Part shown: positions 1 to 9,778 of the stretch, piece by piece
Layout: each line of letters opens with the position of its first letter
Position numbering within the stretch: the first letter of the stretch is position 1
Assembly: GCA_965203905.1 (NCBI GenBank)
Contig: CBDBDQ010000005.1
Location: 928,001-992,000 of the forward strand
Direction: 5' to 3'
DNA length: 64,000 nt
DNA from: Spirochaetia bacterium
Lineage (GTDB): Bacteria; Spirochaetota; Spirochaetia; SZUA-6; Bin103
The notes under the pieces: model-generated
The model's database searches: none
Seen by the model: only the letters and a program-made list of their open reading frames with translations
What the model was told of the DNA's origin: nothing
Translations under genes and position numbers: made by a program

Positions 1-155
1 CGTCGCGATGCTGCAAGGCCGCTTACTCCCCGGACTCCCTGGACGCCGCCACCGTAGCACACTTCGCCCGGCGTCTGGCTCGCATGCCGGGTAGTTGTCC
101 ACGGTCCCTGCGGCGTTTCCGCGTTCGACAAAACAGGGCATCCTGTTACCGACAC

Positions 156-1535
156 ATGGCATCGACATCGAAGCGACCCAATATCCTGTTCATATTCGCC
201 GACGACTGGGGCTGGGGCGACCTGGGCTGCTACGGCCATCGCCACGTCAGGACTCCACATCTCGATCGGCTCGCCGCCGAGGGCACCCTGTTCTCGCAGT
301 TCTACGTCTGCTCCGGCGTCTGCTCACCCAGCCGGGCGGCGGTGATGACCGGCCGCTTCCCGGCCCGCTTCGGCATCCACGGCCACTTCGCCACCCACGA
401 GCGCAACGCCGACCGCGGCATGCCCAACTGGCTCGATCCGTCCGCCGTAACCGTCACCGGGCTGTTCCAGCAGGCGGGCTTTCGCGTCGGCCACTTCGGC
501 AAGTGGCACCTGGGGAACGGCGCCGGAGCGCCGCCGCCGACGGCCTACGGCATCGACGTGTTCGACGAGCCGAGCTGCCCCATCGTCTATACCGACCCGG
601 CCCACACCGGCACCCGCGCGACCTCCTCGCAGGAGATCGTCGACCAGGCGATCGGATTCCTCGAACAGGGTCGGGGCGGGAGCGGCGCGGCCGCCGATCC
701 GTTCTTCCTCAACGTGTGGCTTTACGACACCCACGCATCGCTCGATCCCAACGAGGAACAGTTGGAGCGTTATGTCGACTACATGCCGCTGCACGTACCC
801 CACGTCGGCGCCACCGCGATCTACTACGCCACGGTGACCGAGGCCGACCTGCAGATCGGCCGCCTGCTGGCGAAGCTGGACGAGTTGGGCCTGGCCGACG
901 ACACCCTGGTGATCTTCTCCGCCGACAATGGCCCCGAGGACATGGAGATCCGTAACTCGGCGCACAGCGGAGTCGGCAGCGCCGGGCCGTTCCGCGGCCG
1001 CAAGCGTTCGCTCTACGAGGGCGGCGTGCGCGTCCCGTTCATCCTGCGCTGGCCCGGCAACACGCCGGCGGGCGTGGTGAACGATGCCACGCCGCTGTGC
1101 GCCGTGGACCTGCTCCCCACCTTTTGCGAACTGGCAGGCGTGGACGTGCCGTCGGCGGCCGGACTGGACGGCGAGTCGATGGCGGCGGCGTTCCGCGGTG
1201 AGCAGCGCCCACGCTCCACGCCACTGCTGTGGGAGTGGCGCTTCCACGTTTACGGCCACGTGCTGCACCGCAGCCCGATGCTGGCCATCCGGGACGGTGA
1301 CTGGAAGCTCCTCCGCAACCCCGACGGCGATCGGGTGGAGCTCTACCGCATCCCCGACGATCCCTCCGAGCTCGACAATCGGGCTGACGCCGAGGCCGAC
1401 CTGGTGCAGCGCCTGAGCGCGCGGGCGCACGAGTGGCAGGCCAGCCTCCCCGCCGGGCCGGTGTCGCCGGACGCGGGCTCCAATGCGTACCCGTGGCCCG
1501 GCACCGATCACGACGAAGACGCCCTGTTCAGTTAG
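156..1535 (+). CDS. Cys-type sulfatase (arylsulfatase / N-acetylgalactosamine-6-sulfatase-like)
   Basis: PNILFIFADDWG, CSPSRAAVMTG formylglycine motif, GKWHLG, SADNG, YEGGVRVP. Start moved to ATG 156. Confidence 0.93.
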   Translation: MASTSKRPNILFIFADDWGWGDLGCYGHRHVRTPHLDRLAAEGTLFSQFYVCSGVCSPSRAAVMTGRFPARFGIHGHFATHERNADRGMPNWLDPSAVTVTGLFQQAGFRVGHFGKWHLGNGAGAPPPTAYGIDVFDEPSCPIVYTDPAHTGTRATSSQEIVDQAIGFLEQGRGGSGAAADPFFLNVWLYDTHASLDPNEEQLERYVDYMPLHVPHVGATAIYYATVTEADLQIGRLLAKLDELGLADDTLVIFSADNGPEDMEIRNSAHSGVGSAGPFRGRKRSLYEGGVRVPFILRWPGNTPAGVVNDATPLCAVDLLPTFCELAGVDVPSAAGLDGESMAAAFRGEQRPRSTPLLWEWRFHVYGHVLHRSPMLAIRDGDWKLLRNPDGDRVELYRIPDDPSELDNRADAEADLVQRLSARAHEWQASLPAGPVSPDAGSNAYPWPGTDHDEDALFS

Positions 1536-1548
1536 TGCCGGCAGTCCC

Positions 1549-2400
1549 ATGACCGCGTCCATCCCCGAACACCCCGAACGGGCCGCGCCGCTGCCCGACC
1601 CGGGGCCGGCGGCACGAGCCGGCAACCTGCTCGAAGTGCATGGCCTGTGCCTGAGCTTCGGCGGCCTCACCGTGCTCGACGAGGTGTCGCTGGACGTGCC
1701 GGAGGGCAGCATTACCGCCATCATCGGGCCCAACGGCGCCGGCAAGTCCAGCCTGTTCAACTCCATCTCCGGCAGCTACCGGCCGCAGGCCGGCACGATC
1801 CGGTTCGCCGGCCGCGACATCACGCACCTGCCGACCCCGCGCCGGGCGGCACTCGGCGTGGCGCGCACGTTCCAGAACCTCGCGCTGTTTCCGAGCATGA
1901 CGGTGCTGGACAACATCAAGCTGGGCAGCCACGTGCACCTGCGCACGGGCCTGCTGGCGGCGGGAGTCTACCTGGGACGCGCGCGCCGCGAGGAGCGGCG
2001 CCTGCAGGCCGCGGTGGAGCGCGAGGTGATCGAGCCGCTCGGGCTGGGCGACCTGGTGCGGCTGCCGGCGGCAACCCTGCCCTACGGGCGCCAGAAGCTG
2101 GTGGAGCTGGCGCGGGCGCTCGCCATGCGGCCACGCCTGCTGCTGCTGGACGAGCCGGTGGCCGGCATGAACCGCGCCGAGCGCGAGGAGATGGTGCAGC
2201 TCATTCGCGATCTGCAACGCCGGCACGGCGCCACCGTGCTGCTGGTGGAACATGACATGAACGTGGTCATGGGCATCTCCGACCAGGTGATCGTGCTCGA
2301 CTTCGGACGAGTGATCGCGGCGGGCACACCGGCAGCGGTGCGCGCCGATCCCGCGGTGATCTCCGCCTACCTCGGCGGCGCCGCCCGGGAGCATGCCTGA
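1549..2400 (+). CDS. livG: LIV-family ABC transporter ATP-binding protein (LivG-like)
   Basis: GPNGAGKS, RTFQN, LPYGRQKLVELARAL, LLLDEP, C-terminal AYLG. Confidence 0.9.
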   Translation: MTASIPEHPERAAPLPDPGPAARAGNLLEVHGLCLSFGGLTVLDEVSLDVPEGSITAIIGPNGAGKSSLFNSISGSYRPQAGTIRFAGRDITHLPTPRRAALGVARTFQNLALFPSMTVLDNIKLGSHVHLRTGLLAAGVYLGRARREERRLQAAVEREVIEPLGLGDLVRLPAATLPYGRQKLVELARALAMRPRLLLLDEPVAGMNRAEREEMVQLIRDLQRRHGATVLLVEHDMNVVMGISDQVIVLDFGRVIAAGTPAAVRADPAVISAYLGGAAREHA

Positions 2401-3284
2401 TGGACCTGTTTCTCGAAGTGAGCCTGGTGGGGCTGGCGGTGGGCGGGGTGTACGCCCTGATCGCGCTGGGCTACGTGCTCGTCTACCGCGCCACCCGGGT
2501 GATCAACTTCGCCCACGGCAACATCATGATGGTGGGTGCCTACTTCTTCTTCACCTTCGCAACGCTGCTGGGCCTGCCGTGGGGCATCGCGCTGGCGCTG
2601 ACGCTGGCCGCCGCGGCACTGGTCGGCGCCGGCCTCGAACGGCTCCTGCTGCGGCCCCTGCTGCAGCGCGACCCGACCGTGACAATCATGGCGACGTTCG
2701 GCCTGGCATTCGCACTGCACGGCCTGGTGCAGATCATCTGGACCGGGCAGGACTTCTTCCTGCCGTCGATATTCCCGGACGCGCCCATCGTCATCGACAC
2801 TGCCAATGGCGCCATGTACCTCCCCGCCAACATCGGCTACGGCGCGCTGGTCGCGCTGGCCGCCATCGGCCTGCTGCTGGTGCTGCTGCGCTACACCCGC
2901 GTCGGCCTGGCGCTGCGCGCGGTCGCCTCCGACCAGGTCGCGGCCAGCGGGGTGGGCATCAACGTGCCGGCGACGTTCAACCTGACCTGGGCCGGCGCCG
3001 CGGCGAGTGCCGCCCTCGCCGGCGTGGTGGTCGGCTCCATCACCACCCTCAACCCGAGGATGGGCATGCTCGGCCTCGCCGTGCTGGGCGTGGTCATCCT
3101 CGGCGGGCTCGACAGTCCCGCCGGGGCCATCGTCGCCGGCTTGATAGTGGGCTGGCTGCAGGCGCTCGCCGGATTCTACCTGAGCGGCGCCTACCGCGAC
3201 GTGATGCCCTACGTCGTGTTGCTGATCATCCTGCTGTTGCGTCCGCACGGCCTGTTCGGCACCCCGCGGGTGGAACGGTTGTGA
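2400..3284 (+). CDS. livH: LIV-family ABC permease (LivH-like)
   Basis: YALIALGYVLVYRATRVINFAHG, ILGGLDS, RPHGLFG; hydrophobic. Confidence 0.9.
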   Translation: MDLFLEVSLVGLAVGGVYALIALGYVLVYRATRVINFAHGNIMMVGAYFFFTFATLLGLPWGIALALTLAAAALVGAGLERLLLRPLLQRDPTVTIMATFGLAFALHGLVQIIWTGQDFFLPSIFPDAPIVIDTANGAMYLPANIGYGALVALAAIGLLLVLLRYTRVGLALRAVASDQVAASGVGINVPATFNLTWAGAAASAALAGVVVGSITTLNPRMGMLGLAVLGVVILGGLDSPAGAIVAGLIVGWLQALAGFYLSGAYRDVMPYVVLLIILLLRPHGLFGTPRVERL

Positions 3285-4279
3285 GTGGCCGGCGCACCCG
3301 GCGAGTTGGCACCCTCGCCGTGCTGGCGGCGGCGGCCGCGCTGCCGCTGGTCGGCAACAGCTTCCACCTGCACGTGGCGTGCATGATCGGCATCAACCTG
3401 ATCAGCGCACTGGGGCTCAACCTGCTGACCGGCAGCGCCGGCCTGGTGTCGCTGGGGCACGCCGTGTTCATGGGCGTGGGGGCATACGGGGTGGCCTGGT
3501 TCGCCAACCACCTCGGGCTGCCGTTCTACCTGTGCCTGCCGCTGGGCGGGCTGCTGGCCGCCAGCGTCGGCATGGTCGCCGGCCTGCCCTCGTTTCGCCT
3601 GAAGGGGATGTACCTGGCCTTCGCCTCGCTGGCGGCGCAATTCATCCTCGGCTTCGTGTTCAACGAGTGGGAGCCGGTCACCGGCGGACGCAGCGGCGTG
3701 ACCCTGGCGCCGGCGCAGCTCGGCGGGCTCACCCTGGCAACGGAACGCGAGATGTACTTCCTGATCGCCATCCTGGCGGCGGCCGCCCTGGTCTTCGCGC
3801 GCAACCTGCTGCGCACCCGCGTGGGGCGGGCCTTCGTCGCCATGCGCGACCGCGACCTCGCCGCCGAGGTGCTGGGGGTCGACCTGCGGCGCTACAAGCT
3901 GCTGGCCTTCGGGGTGAGCTCGTTCTACGCCGGCGTGGCCGGCGGGCTCATGGCCTACTTCTTCAAGGTGGTGGCGCCGGGGCAGTTCGGCTTCTCGTTG
4001 TCGCTGTTCTTCCTGGCCGCGATCGTGGTGGGAGGATTGGGAACTGTACAGGGGGCCATATCAGGCGCTATCTTCATGACGATCACTCCGGGGGTGCTCG
4101 CCTGGGCCGCCGGACCGTTCGGTCCGGTTGCCACGGGCATGCTGGCACCGTTGCGGGAAGTGCTGTTCGGCTTGCTCATCGTGGTGTTTCTCATCGCCGA
4201 GCCGCGCGGCCTGCACGGGATCTGGAGCAGGGTCAGAGACTGGCGTCCAAGTGGGTGGACGCGAAGGAGCAGAACATGA
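3281..4279 (+). CDS. livM: LIV-family ABC permease (LivM-like)
   Basis: GTG overlaps livH stop; GLNLLTGSAGLVSLGH, AMRDRDLAAEVLG, VVGGLG, EPRGL. Confidence 0.88.
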   Translation: MSGRRTRRVGTLAVLAAAAALPLVGNSFHLHVACMIGINLISALGLNLLTGSAGLVSLGHAVFMGVGAYGVAWFANHLGLPFYLCLPLGGLLAASVGMVAGLPSFRLKGMYLAFASLAAQFILGFVFNEWEPVTGGRSGVTLAPAQLGGLTLATEREMYFLIAILAAAALVFARNLLRTRVGRAFVAMRDRDLAAEVLGVDLRRYKLLAFGVSSFYAGVAGGLMAYFFKVVAPGQFGFSLSLFFLAAIVVGGLGTVQGAISGAIFMTITPGVLAWAAGPFGPVATGMLAPLREVLFGLLIVVFLIAEPRGLHGIWSRVRDWRPSGWTRRSRT

Positions 4280-5490
4280 AGAGAGGACAGTCCGGATACG
4301 TCCGGCGCAATTGGGGTTTCCGGGCCGCCATCGCGGCAGTGGTCGTTGCGGCCGTGGCGTTGGCGCCGGCGGCGGTGGCCGACGAAGGCGAAATAGTATG
4401 GGGCGGCGCCGCGCCGCTCACCGGTTTGTACGCCCAGGCAGGCACCCTAGGCCTGGTAGGAATGGAAGCCTACGTCGGCTACCTGAACGCCACCGGCGGC
4501 ATCAACGGCCGGCCGGTGCGTACCGTAATGCACGACTCGGGATCGGTTCCGGAGCAGGCCCTGGCGGTGTTCAAGCAGATCATGGCCGAAGAAGAGAACG
4601 TGGTCACCTTCTACGGCGACTCCACCACCTTCATCAAGCTCTCGGCGCCGGAGGTCAACGACCGCTACCAGATCCTGATGGGCGGCTCCTCGATGGCCAC
4701 CGAGCTGGCGGACCCCGACAAGTACCGCTATCACTTCATGACCGGTCCGACCTACGCCGACATGATCGGCATCCTGCTGGAGTACATCGCGGCCGAGCGC
4801 GATACCGGCGCCGCGGCGCCGCGGGTGGTGCTGTTCTACTCCAACATCGACTTCGGTCTCGATCCGATCCCAGCATCCCGCGAGCGCGCCGAGCGCCTGG
4901 GCATCGACATCGTGGAGGAAATCGAGACCGCGCCGATGGGTGTCGACGTGGCGCCGGCGGTGCTGAAGCTGCGCCGCGCCAACCCCGACTACGTGATCTT
5001 TCACGGCTACGCGACCACGGTCTGGCCGGAGGTGATGAAGCAGGCGCTGCAGCAGGGCGTGAACGCCATGTTCATGGGCACCTTCTGGGCCATGGAGCCA
5101 TTGATCATCCGCCAGCTCGGACCGCTCGCGGACCGCTACATGGGCGTGTTCCCCTACCGCTACTACTGGGAGCAGGAGGAGTCGGCGACGCTGCGCCTGA
5201 TGAAGCAGGTAACCAAGCAGGAGTACCTGCCCACCTACGCGCTGCAGGCGTGGTTCTCCGGCATGATCATGCACGAGGTGATCAAGCGCACGCTGGACGC
5301 CGGCATGGAGCTCAGCGGCGACAACCTCAAGGCGACGCTGGACGGAATCGAGGACTGGGACACCGGCGGTCTGATCGGCGTTCCGGTGAGCTTCAAGAAC
5401 GGCTCCATTCCGGTCGGCAGGATCTACAAGGGCAACTCCGCCACCGGACTGATGGACCCGGTCTCGGACTGGATCGTCCTCGACGACTGA
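4276..5490 (+). CDS. LIV-family ABC substrate-binding protein
   Basis: AAGGAG RBS, ATGA overlap, signal peptide, PLTGLYA, NATGGINGRP. Confidence 0.88.
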   Translation: MKRGQSGYVRRNWGFRAAIAAVVVAAVALAPAAVADEGEIVWGGAAPLTGLYAQAGTLGLVGMEAYVGYLNATGGINGRPVRTVMHDSGSVPEQALAVFKQIMAEEENVVTFYGDSTTFIKLSAPEVNDRYQILMGGSSMATELADPDKYRYHFMTGPTYADMIGILLEYIAAERDTGAAAPRVVLFYSNIDFGLDPIPASRERAERLGIDIVEEIETAPMGVDVAPAVLKLRRANPDYVIFHGYATTVWPEVMKQALQQGVNAMFMGTFWAMEPLIIRQLGPLADRYMGVFPYRYYWEQEESATLRLMKQVTKQEYLPTYALQAWFSGMIMHEVIKRTLDAGMELSGDNLKATLDGIEDWDTGGLIGVPVSFKNGSIPVGRIYKGNSATGLMDPVSDWIVLDD

Positions 5491-5510
5491 CGGCGGCGTA
5501 ACGAAAGGCG

Positions 5511-6284
5511 GTGGTCGTGGCGGCGCCTTCACCGCGCGCGGATGCCGCGCTGGAGGTCGACCGCCTCGAGGCCGCCTACGGCCACGCGGCCCCGGTGCTG
5601 CGCGGCCTTTCGCTTGACGTGCCGAAGGGGCGCATCGTGGCCCTGCTCGGCGCCAACGGCGCCGGCAAGACCACCGCCATCCGCGCGATCGCCGGGTTGC
5701 TGCCGTACGAGAACGGCGCAGTGACGGCGGGTTCCATCCTGCTCGACGGGCGGCGCGTGGACGGCGTGCCGCCGCACCGGCGCGCACGGCGCCGCCTGGC
5801 GGCGGTGCTGGAGGGGCGCCGCCTGTTCGCCGAGCTCACCGTGGACGAGAACCTGCGCGCCGCCGCCTGGGCCCTGACCGGCCGCCGCGCTCACCCCCGC
5901 GGCGGTCTCGAAGCCGTGTACCAGTTCTTTCCGTTGCTGGCGGCGCGCCGCCGCCACCGCGCCGGTTACCTGTCCGGCGGCGAGCAGCAGATGCTGGCCA
6001 TCGGCAGGGCCTTGCTGACCGAGCCCACGACGATGCTGCTGGACGAGCCTTCGCTGGGTCTGGCCCCGCGCCTGCGGGAAGAGATCTTCGCCGCCATCGC
6101 GCGCATCAACCGCGAGCGCCGGGTCTCCATGCTGCTGGTGGAGCAGAACACCGTGCTGGCGCTGGAGGTCGCGCGCTACGGCTACGTGATGGAACAGGGG
6201 CGCGTGGTGCTGGAGGGCCCGGCCGACACCCTCAAGACGAACCGCGAGCTGAGCGAAGCCTACCTCGGCTCGCGAACGGAATGA
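5511..6284 (+). CDS. livF: LIV-family ABC ATP-binding protein (LivF-like)
   Basis: GANGAGKT, LSGGEQQMLAIGRAL, LLDEPSLGLAP, VEQN. Confidence 0.9.
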   Translation: MVVAAPSPRADAALEVDRLEAAYGHAAPVLRGLSLDVPKGRIVALLGANGAGKTTAIRAIAGLLPYENGAVTAGSILLDGRRVDGVPPHRRARRRLAAVLEGRRLFAELTVDENLRAAAWALTGRRAHPRGGLEAVYQFFPLLAARRRHRAGYLSGGEQQMLAIGRALLTEPTTMLLDEPSLGLAPRLREEIFAAIARINRERRVSMLLVEQNTVLALEVARYGYVMEQGRVVLEGPADTLKTNRELSEAYLGSRTE

Positions 6285-7108
6285 CTGGCGCACGTCGGCC
6301 ACGATCTCGCTTCGTGGCGGCCGCGATCGCGCTCTGGTGCAGTGCCGCCATCGGGTTTGCAGGAGGCGACGAAGAGCTTGCCGGTTATGAACCTTCCCCG
6401 GCGGCGGCAGGCCTGGTGGCCGAGTACGAACGCTACCACGAGCGGGCGGTGCAGGCCGCCCCCAGCCGAGAGCAGGTGACCGGCGACACGCAGCGCTGGC
6501 TGGAGCGCGCCGAGACGGTGGAAGACGATCCGCCGGCGCGGCACTACCTGCTGGCCCGAGTGGAGTACGAGGCTTACAACCTCCTGTGGTGGAGCGGCCC
6601 GGCCGGCACCTATCTGCAGCGCGCGCACGAACACATCCGCCGGTTTGCGGAGCTGAACGTCGCGTACGCGCCCGGCTTCGCCCTGTACGGCTCGATCCTC
6701 GGACGGATGATAGCGGCCAATCCGCCCAACGCCCTGGCGTACGCCGGTACCGCCGAGCAGGTGACCAGGCTCGCCCTGGAACTGGACCCCGGCAACCAGA
6801 TGGCGCGCCTCACCCTCGGGCTCGCGCTTCTCAACACCCCCGAGGCCTTCGGTGGCGATCCCGAGCGGGGGGTTGAGGAGCTTCGCACCGCGTTCGCCGG
6901 CGAGGGACCGGCGCTGCGCAGTCTTGCCGGCGTGTGGCTGGCCGTTGCCTACGCGCGGCTCGGTCGCAACGACGAGGCCGCCGAGGCGATCGCCCAGGTC
7001 CTCGACCTCGCACCGGGTTTTCTCCCGGCCCGGGCTACCGCCGAGGCGCTGGCGCAAGGCGTGGAGCCGCTGGAGTACTGGCGGCAGATTCGGGAGCGCG
7101 CCAACTGA
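6281..7108 (+). CDS. Exported TPR-repeat protein
   Basis: Signal peptide; ALELDPGN and AQVLDLAPGF TPR-like helices; coupled to livF by ATGA overlap. Confidence 0.7.
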   Translation: MTGARRPRSRFVAAAIALWCSAAIGFAGGDEELAGYEPSPAAAGLVAEYERYHERAVQAAPSREQVTGDTQRWLERAETVEDDPPARHYLLARVEYEAYNLLWWSGPAGTYLQRAHEHIRRFAELNVAYAPGFALYGSILGRMIAANPPNALAYAGTAEQVTRLALELDPGNQMARLTLGLALLNTPEAFGGDPERGVEELRTAFAGEGPALRSLAGVWLAVAYARLGRNDEAAEAIAQVLDLAPGFLPARATAEALAQGVEPLEYWRQIRERAN

Positions 7109-7210
7109 CGGCGCCGCGCTCAGCCCTTGTCAGTCTGAGCACCTGATTGCGTTGCCGGCAGGCGCGGTGGTTGCGCCGGTGCTGGTCCGGCGTAGGTTGC
7201 TCGGCAACAG

Positions 7211-8227
7211 CTACTTGGTGGGGTCGTCGCTCACCTGCACCAGCAGCTTGCCGAAGTTGGCGCCCTCCAGCATGCCGAGGAATGCAGCCGGGGCGTTCTC
7301 CAGTCCGACGACTACCTGTTCCTTGTACTTGAGCGTGCCGCTGCGCACCCACGTCGCCAGCAGCGCCAGCGCCTCCTCGTGGCGGTCGGCGAACTCGCCC
7401 TGGTTGAAACCGCGCATGGTGGCGCGCCGGGCGTGGATGAAGCGGCTCAGGTGCGGACCGGTCCATTCGCAGCCAAGCGTGTCGTTGTACTCGGCGATGG
7501 CCCCGCACAGCGACAGCCGGGCGCCCAGGGCGAGGTGGGCGGCGACCGCGTCGATCACGCTGCCACCCACGTTGTCGAAGTAGACGTCGATGCCGTCGGG
7601 GCAGGCGGCGGCGAGTGCCGCGGACAGGTCGCCGCTCTTGTAGTTGACGCAGGCGTCGAACTGCAGCTCGTCCACCACGTAGGCGCACTTCTCGGCGCTG
7701 CCGGCGATGCCGACGGCGCGGCAGCCCTTCATCCTGGCGAGCTGGCCGACCACCGCGCCCACCGCACCCGAGGCGGCGGACACCACCACGGTCTCGCCGG
7801 CGACCGGCCTGCCCACTTCCAGCAGGCCGAAGTAGGCGGTGACGCCGGGCATGCCGACCACGCCCAGGGCGGTGGTGATCGGTACCAGATCCGGGTCCAG
7901 CACACGGAGCTGCGACCCCGCGACCGCGCCGTAACTCTGCCAGCCGTAGCCGCCCACGTACTGGCACACGAGCTGTCCCGGCTCGAAGCCGGCGGCGTTC
8001 GAAGCCACCACTTCGCCCACCACCCCGCCGACCATCACCTCGCCGACCGCCTCGGGCGCACCCATGCGGCCGCGCATGTAGGGATCGAGCGACAGGTAGA
8101 TGGTGCGCACCAGGACCTCCCCCGCCTGCGGTTCCGGCAGCGGTCCTGCGATCAGTTCCAGGTCGTCAAGGCTCGGCTTGCCCGCCACCAGCCGGCGCAG
8201 CACCACTTTCTTGTTCGTTGCCGCCAT
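7211..8227 (-). CDS. NADP-dependent oxidoreductase (MDR, prostaglandin reductase/CurA-like)
   Basis: YLSLDPYMRGRM, GMPGVTAYFGL, SAASGAVG, YFDNVGG, GANFGK. Confidence 0.92.
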   Translation of the reverse strand: MAATNKKVVLRRLVAGKPSLDDLELIAGPLPEPQAGEVLVRTIYLSLDPYMRGRMGAPEAVGEVMVGGVVGEVVASNAAGFEPGQLVCQYVGGYGWQSYGAVAGSQLRVLDPDLVPITTALGVVGMPGVTAYFGLLEVGRPVAGETVVVSAASGAVGAVVGQLARMKGCRAVGIAGSAEKCAYVVDELQFDACVNYKSGDLSAALAAACPDGIDVYFDNVGGSVIDAVAAHLALGARLSLCGAIAEYNDTLGCEWTGPHLSRFIHARRATMRGFNQGEFADRHEEALALLATWVRSGTLKYKEQVVVGLENAPAAFLGMLEGANFGKLLVQVSDDPTK

Positions 8228-8296
8228 TGGCCCTCCTCGCGCCGCGGCCGTCGCTCCACTGAAGCTGCCGGGCAGCAGCGCCATTTCATGACGAGA

Positions 8297-8491
8297 TTAT
8301 GCCCCACGATCACCGAGTCGGTCCGCCGCCGTCCGGTTCGGACTGGGCGAGCGCGCTTCGACCTCCGCCCAGCGTTCGTCGGCCAGCCCGGCACGTCGGC
8401 CGGCCGCGGCCAGCGACAGGCAGAGTGCGCGCAGTTGGCTCATGCGCTGCAACCGCACGGTTACCGCCTGCGCGGACATATCCACCTTCAC
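8297..8491 (-). CDS. Small protein coupled to a nucleotidyltransferase remnant (putative antitoxin)
   Basis: GTGA overlap with upstream remnant; MSAQAVTVRLQRMSQLRALCLSL. Confidence 0.5.
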   Translation of the reverse strand: MKVDMSAQAVTVRLQRMSQLRALCLSLAAAGRRAGLADERWAEVEARSPSPNRTAADRLGDRGA

Positions 8492-8738
8492 TCCGTCTTC
8501 CCCGTCAGCCGCTTGATGCCGTCGTGATCCTGCCCGCAGCCGCGCAACCGTTTCAACGCCACCAGCCCGGCGCGCGACACCGTTCCGATGGCGCCGTGGT
8601 TCACGCGACGCGCCGGCGGGACTGCCACACGCTTTCCAGGGCCGGCGTAACGTGCAGCAGGTCGACCATCAGAACGTCCTCCGTGTCGGGCTCCGGCTTC
8701 ACCAACCGCGAGATGGTCACCGCCCCGCCGGCGAAGCT
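8488..8738 (-). pseudogene. C-terminal remnant of a nucleotidyltransferase-family protein
   Basis: SFAGGAVTISRLVKPE..LMVDLLHVTPAL..VSRAGLVALKRLRGCGQD; frame disrupted; N-terminus missing. Confidence 0.55.
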
Positions 8739-8739
8739 C

Positions 8740-9495
8740 GCGCGCGCCCTGCATCAGGCGGGCGCCGCCGGCCGGCAGGTCGTAGGAGAGCAGCCGCAGC
8801 AGGGGAAAGGTGCTGTCCCTGACCGGAATCCTCCGCCAGGATGGCGGCGCGCACCGCGGGGTCGCGCAGTCTGGCCACCCTGGCGGGCAGCGGCAGCCCG
8901 GTCAGCCCCCGGAACGTCGGGCAGCCCGAGAACGGCGTCTGGCTGGCCTGCAGACCGAGCAGCACGCCGATCGCGCGCGGCGCCACCACCGGGCGAATCG
9001 GCACCCCGCGCGCCGCCACCTGCCGGTTGAGGGCGAGGATCGCGCGGTAGTCGTCCGGCTGTTCGTGGTACTGAGTCAGCGAGTAGAGCACCGCCCGGCG
9101 GCTGCGTTCCGCGATCCGGCACAGCATCGCGAACTCCTCGGCCGGGTTCGGCTGGATCCACTCGGTGACCACTTCCAGCAGCCCGCGGCCGCCCTCCCGC
9201 ACCCCCTGTGCCAACCCCTGGAGCTCCTCCTCGTAGGCGCGCAGGGTGGGGTATGAACTCGCCATTCAGGCTGCGGTGGCTGTCCCAGCACGCCTGGGCG
9301 TCGTAGTGGGTGTGGATGTCGACAAACCCGGGCGTCACCCGCAACCCGCCGGCGTCGATCTCCTCCACACCCGCGCCCAGCCCGCTTCCGACCGCCGCGA
9401 TCCTCCCGTCATGCACCGCGACGTCGGCGGCGAACGGCTCGGCGCCGGTGCCGTCCACGACGGTCCCGCCGCGCACGATCAGGTCATACTGCGTT
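8740..9495 (-). pseudogene. N-acyl-D-amino-acid deacylase/amidohydrolase reduced to three collinear fragments
   Basis: YDLIVRGGTVVDGTG..PGFVDIHTHYDAQ (N-term); middle segment 8810-9265; YDLPAGGARLMQ (C-term ~8740-8800). Confidence 0.8.
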
Positions 9496-9626
9496 GCAAT
9501 ACCCCCTCCGCTCCGGCAGGCGCGCCAGCCACGTCAGCCCGCTCGGCGACAGTAGATCATCCCGCCCCGCGGCCATCGAATCAAACACCTCGGTGACTCA
9601 AACGCGCTCGCGCAGAGCCTTGGCCC

Positions 9627-9693
9627 CGGGGATGCGCAACGGGGAATCGCTGGCCGTGGCGGAGAACCTGTTCAACGCGCTCATAACGATGGA
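9627..9693 (+). repeat. 67-bp diverged copy of internal DUF5615 gene segment (17496-17562)
   Basis: Direct sequence match: GGGGATGCGCAACGGGGAA...CTCATAACGATGGA. Confidence 0.85.
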
Positions 9694-9740
9694 ATAGCTA
9701 TCCCAAGCGGTGGGTGGTGTCATTCATCCCGTCTGTATAC

Positions 9741-9769
9741 TTGACAAATTTCCTAGACAATGCTAAATA
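9741..9769 (+). promoter_or_regulatory. Putative sigma70 promoter of abiE operon
   Basis: TTGACA at 9741, AT-rich TAAATA 17 nt later, ATG at 9779. Confidence 0.5.
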
Positions 9770-9778
9770 AATGCCACT

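Noticed and set aside
2393-5490. Apparent long fusions 2393-4279, 3379-5490 (also 49394-50872, 53789-55606)
   Set aside because: Upstream extensions are off-frame read-through of neighbouring genes; true starts are internal
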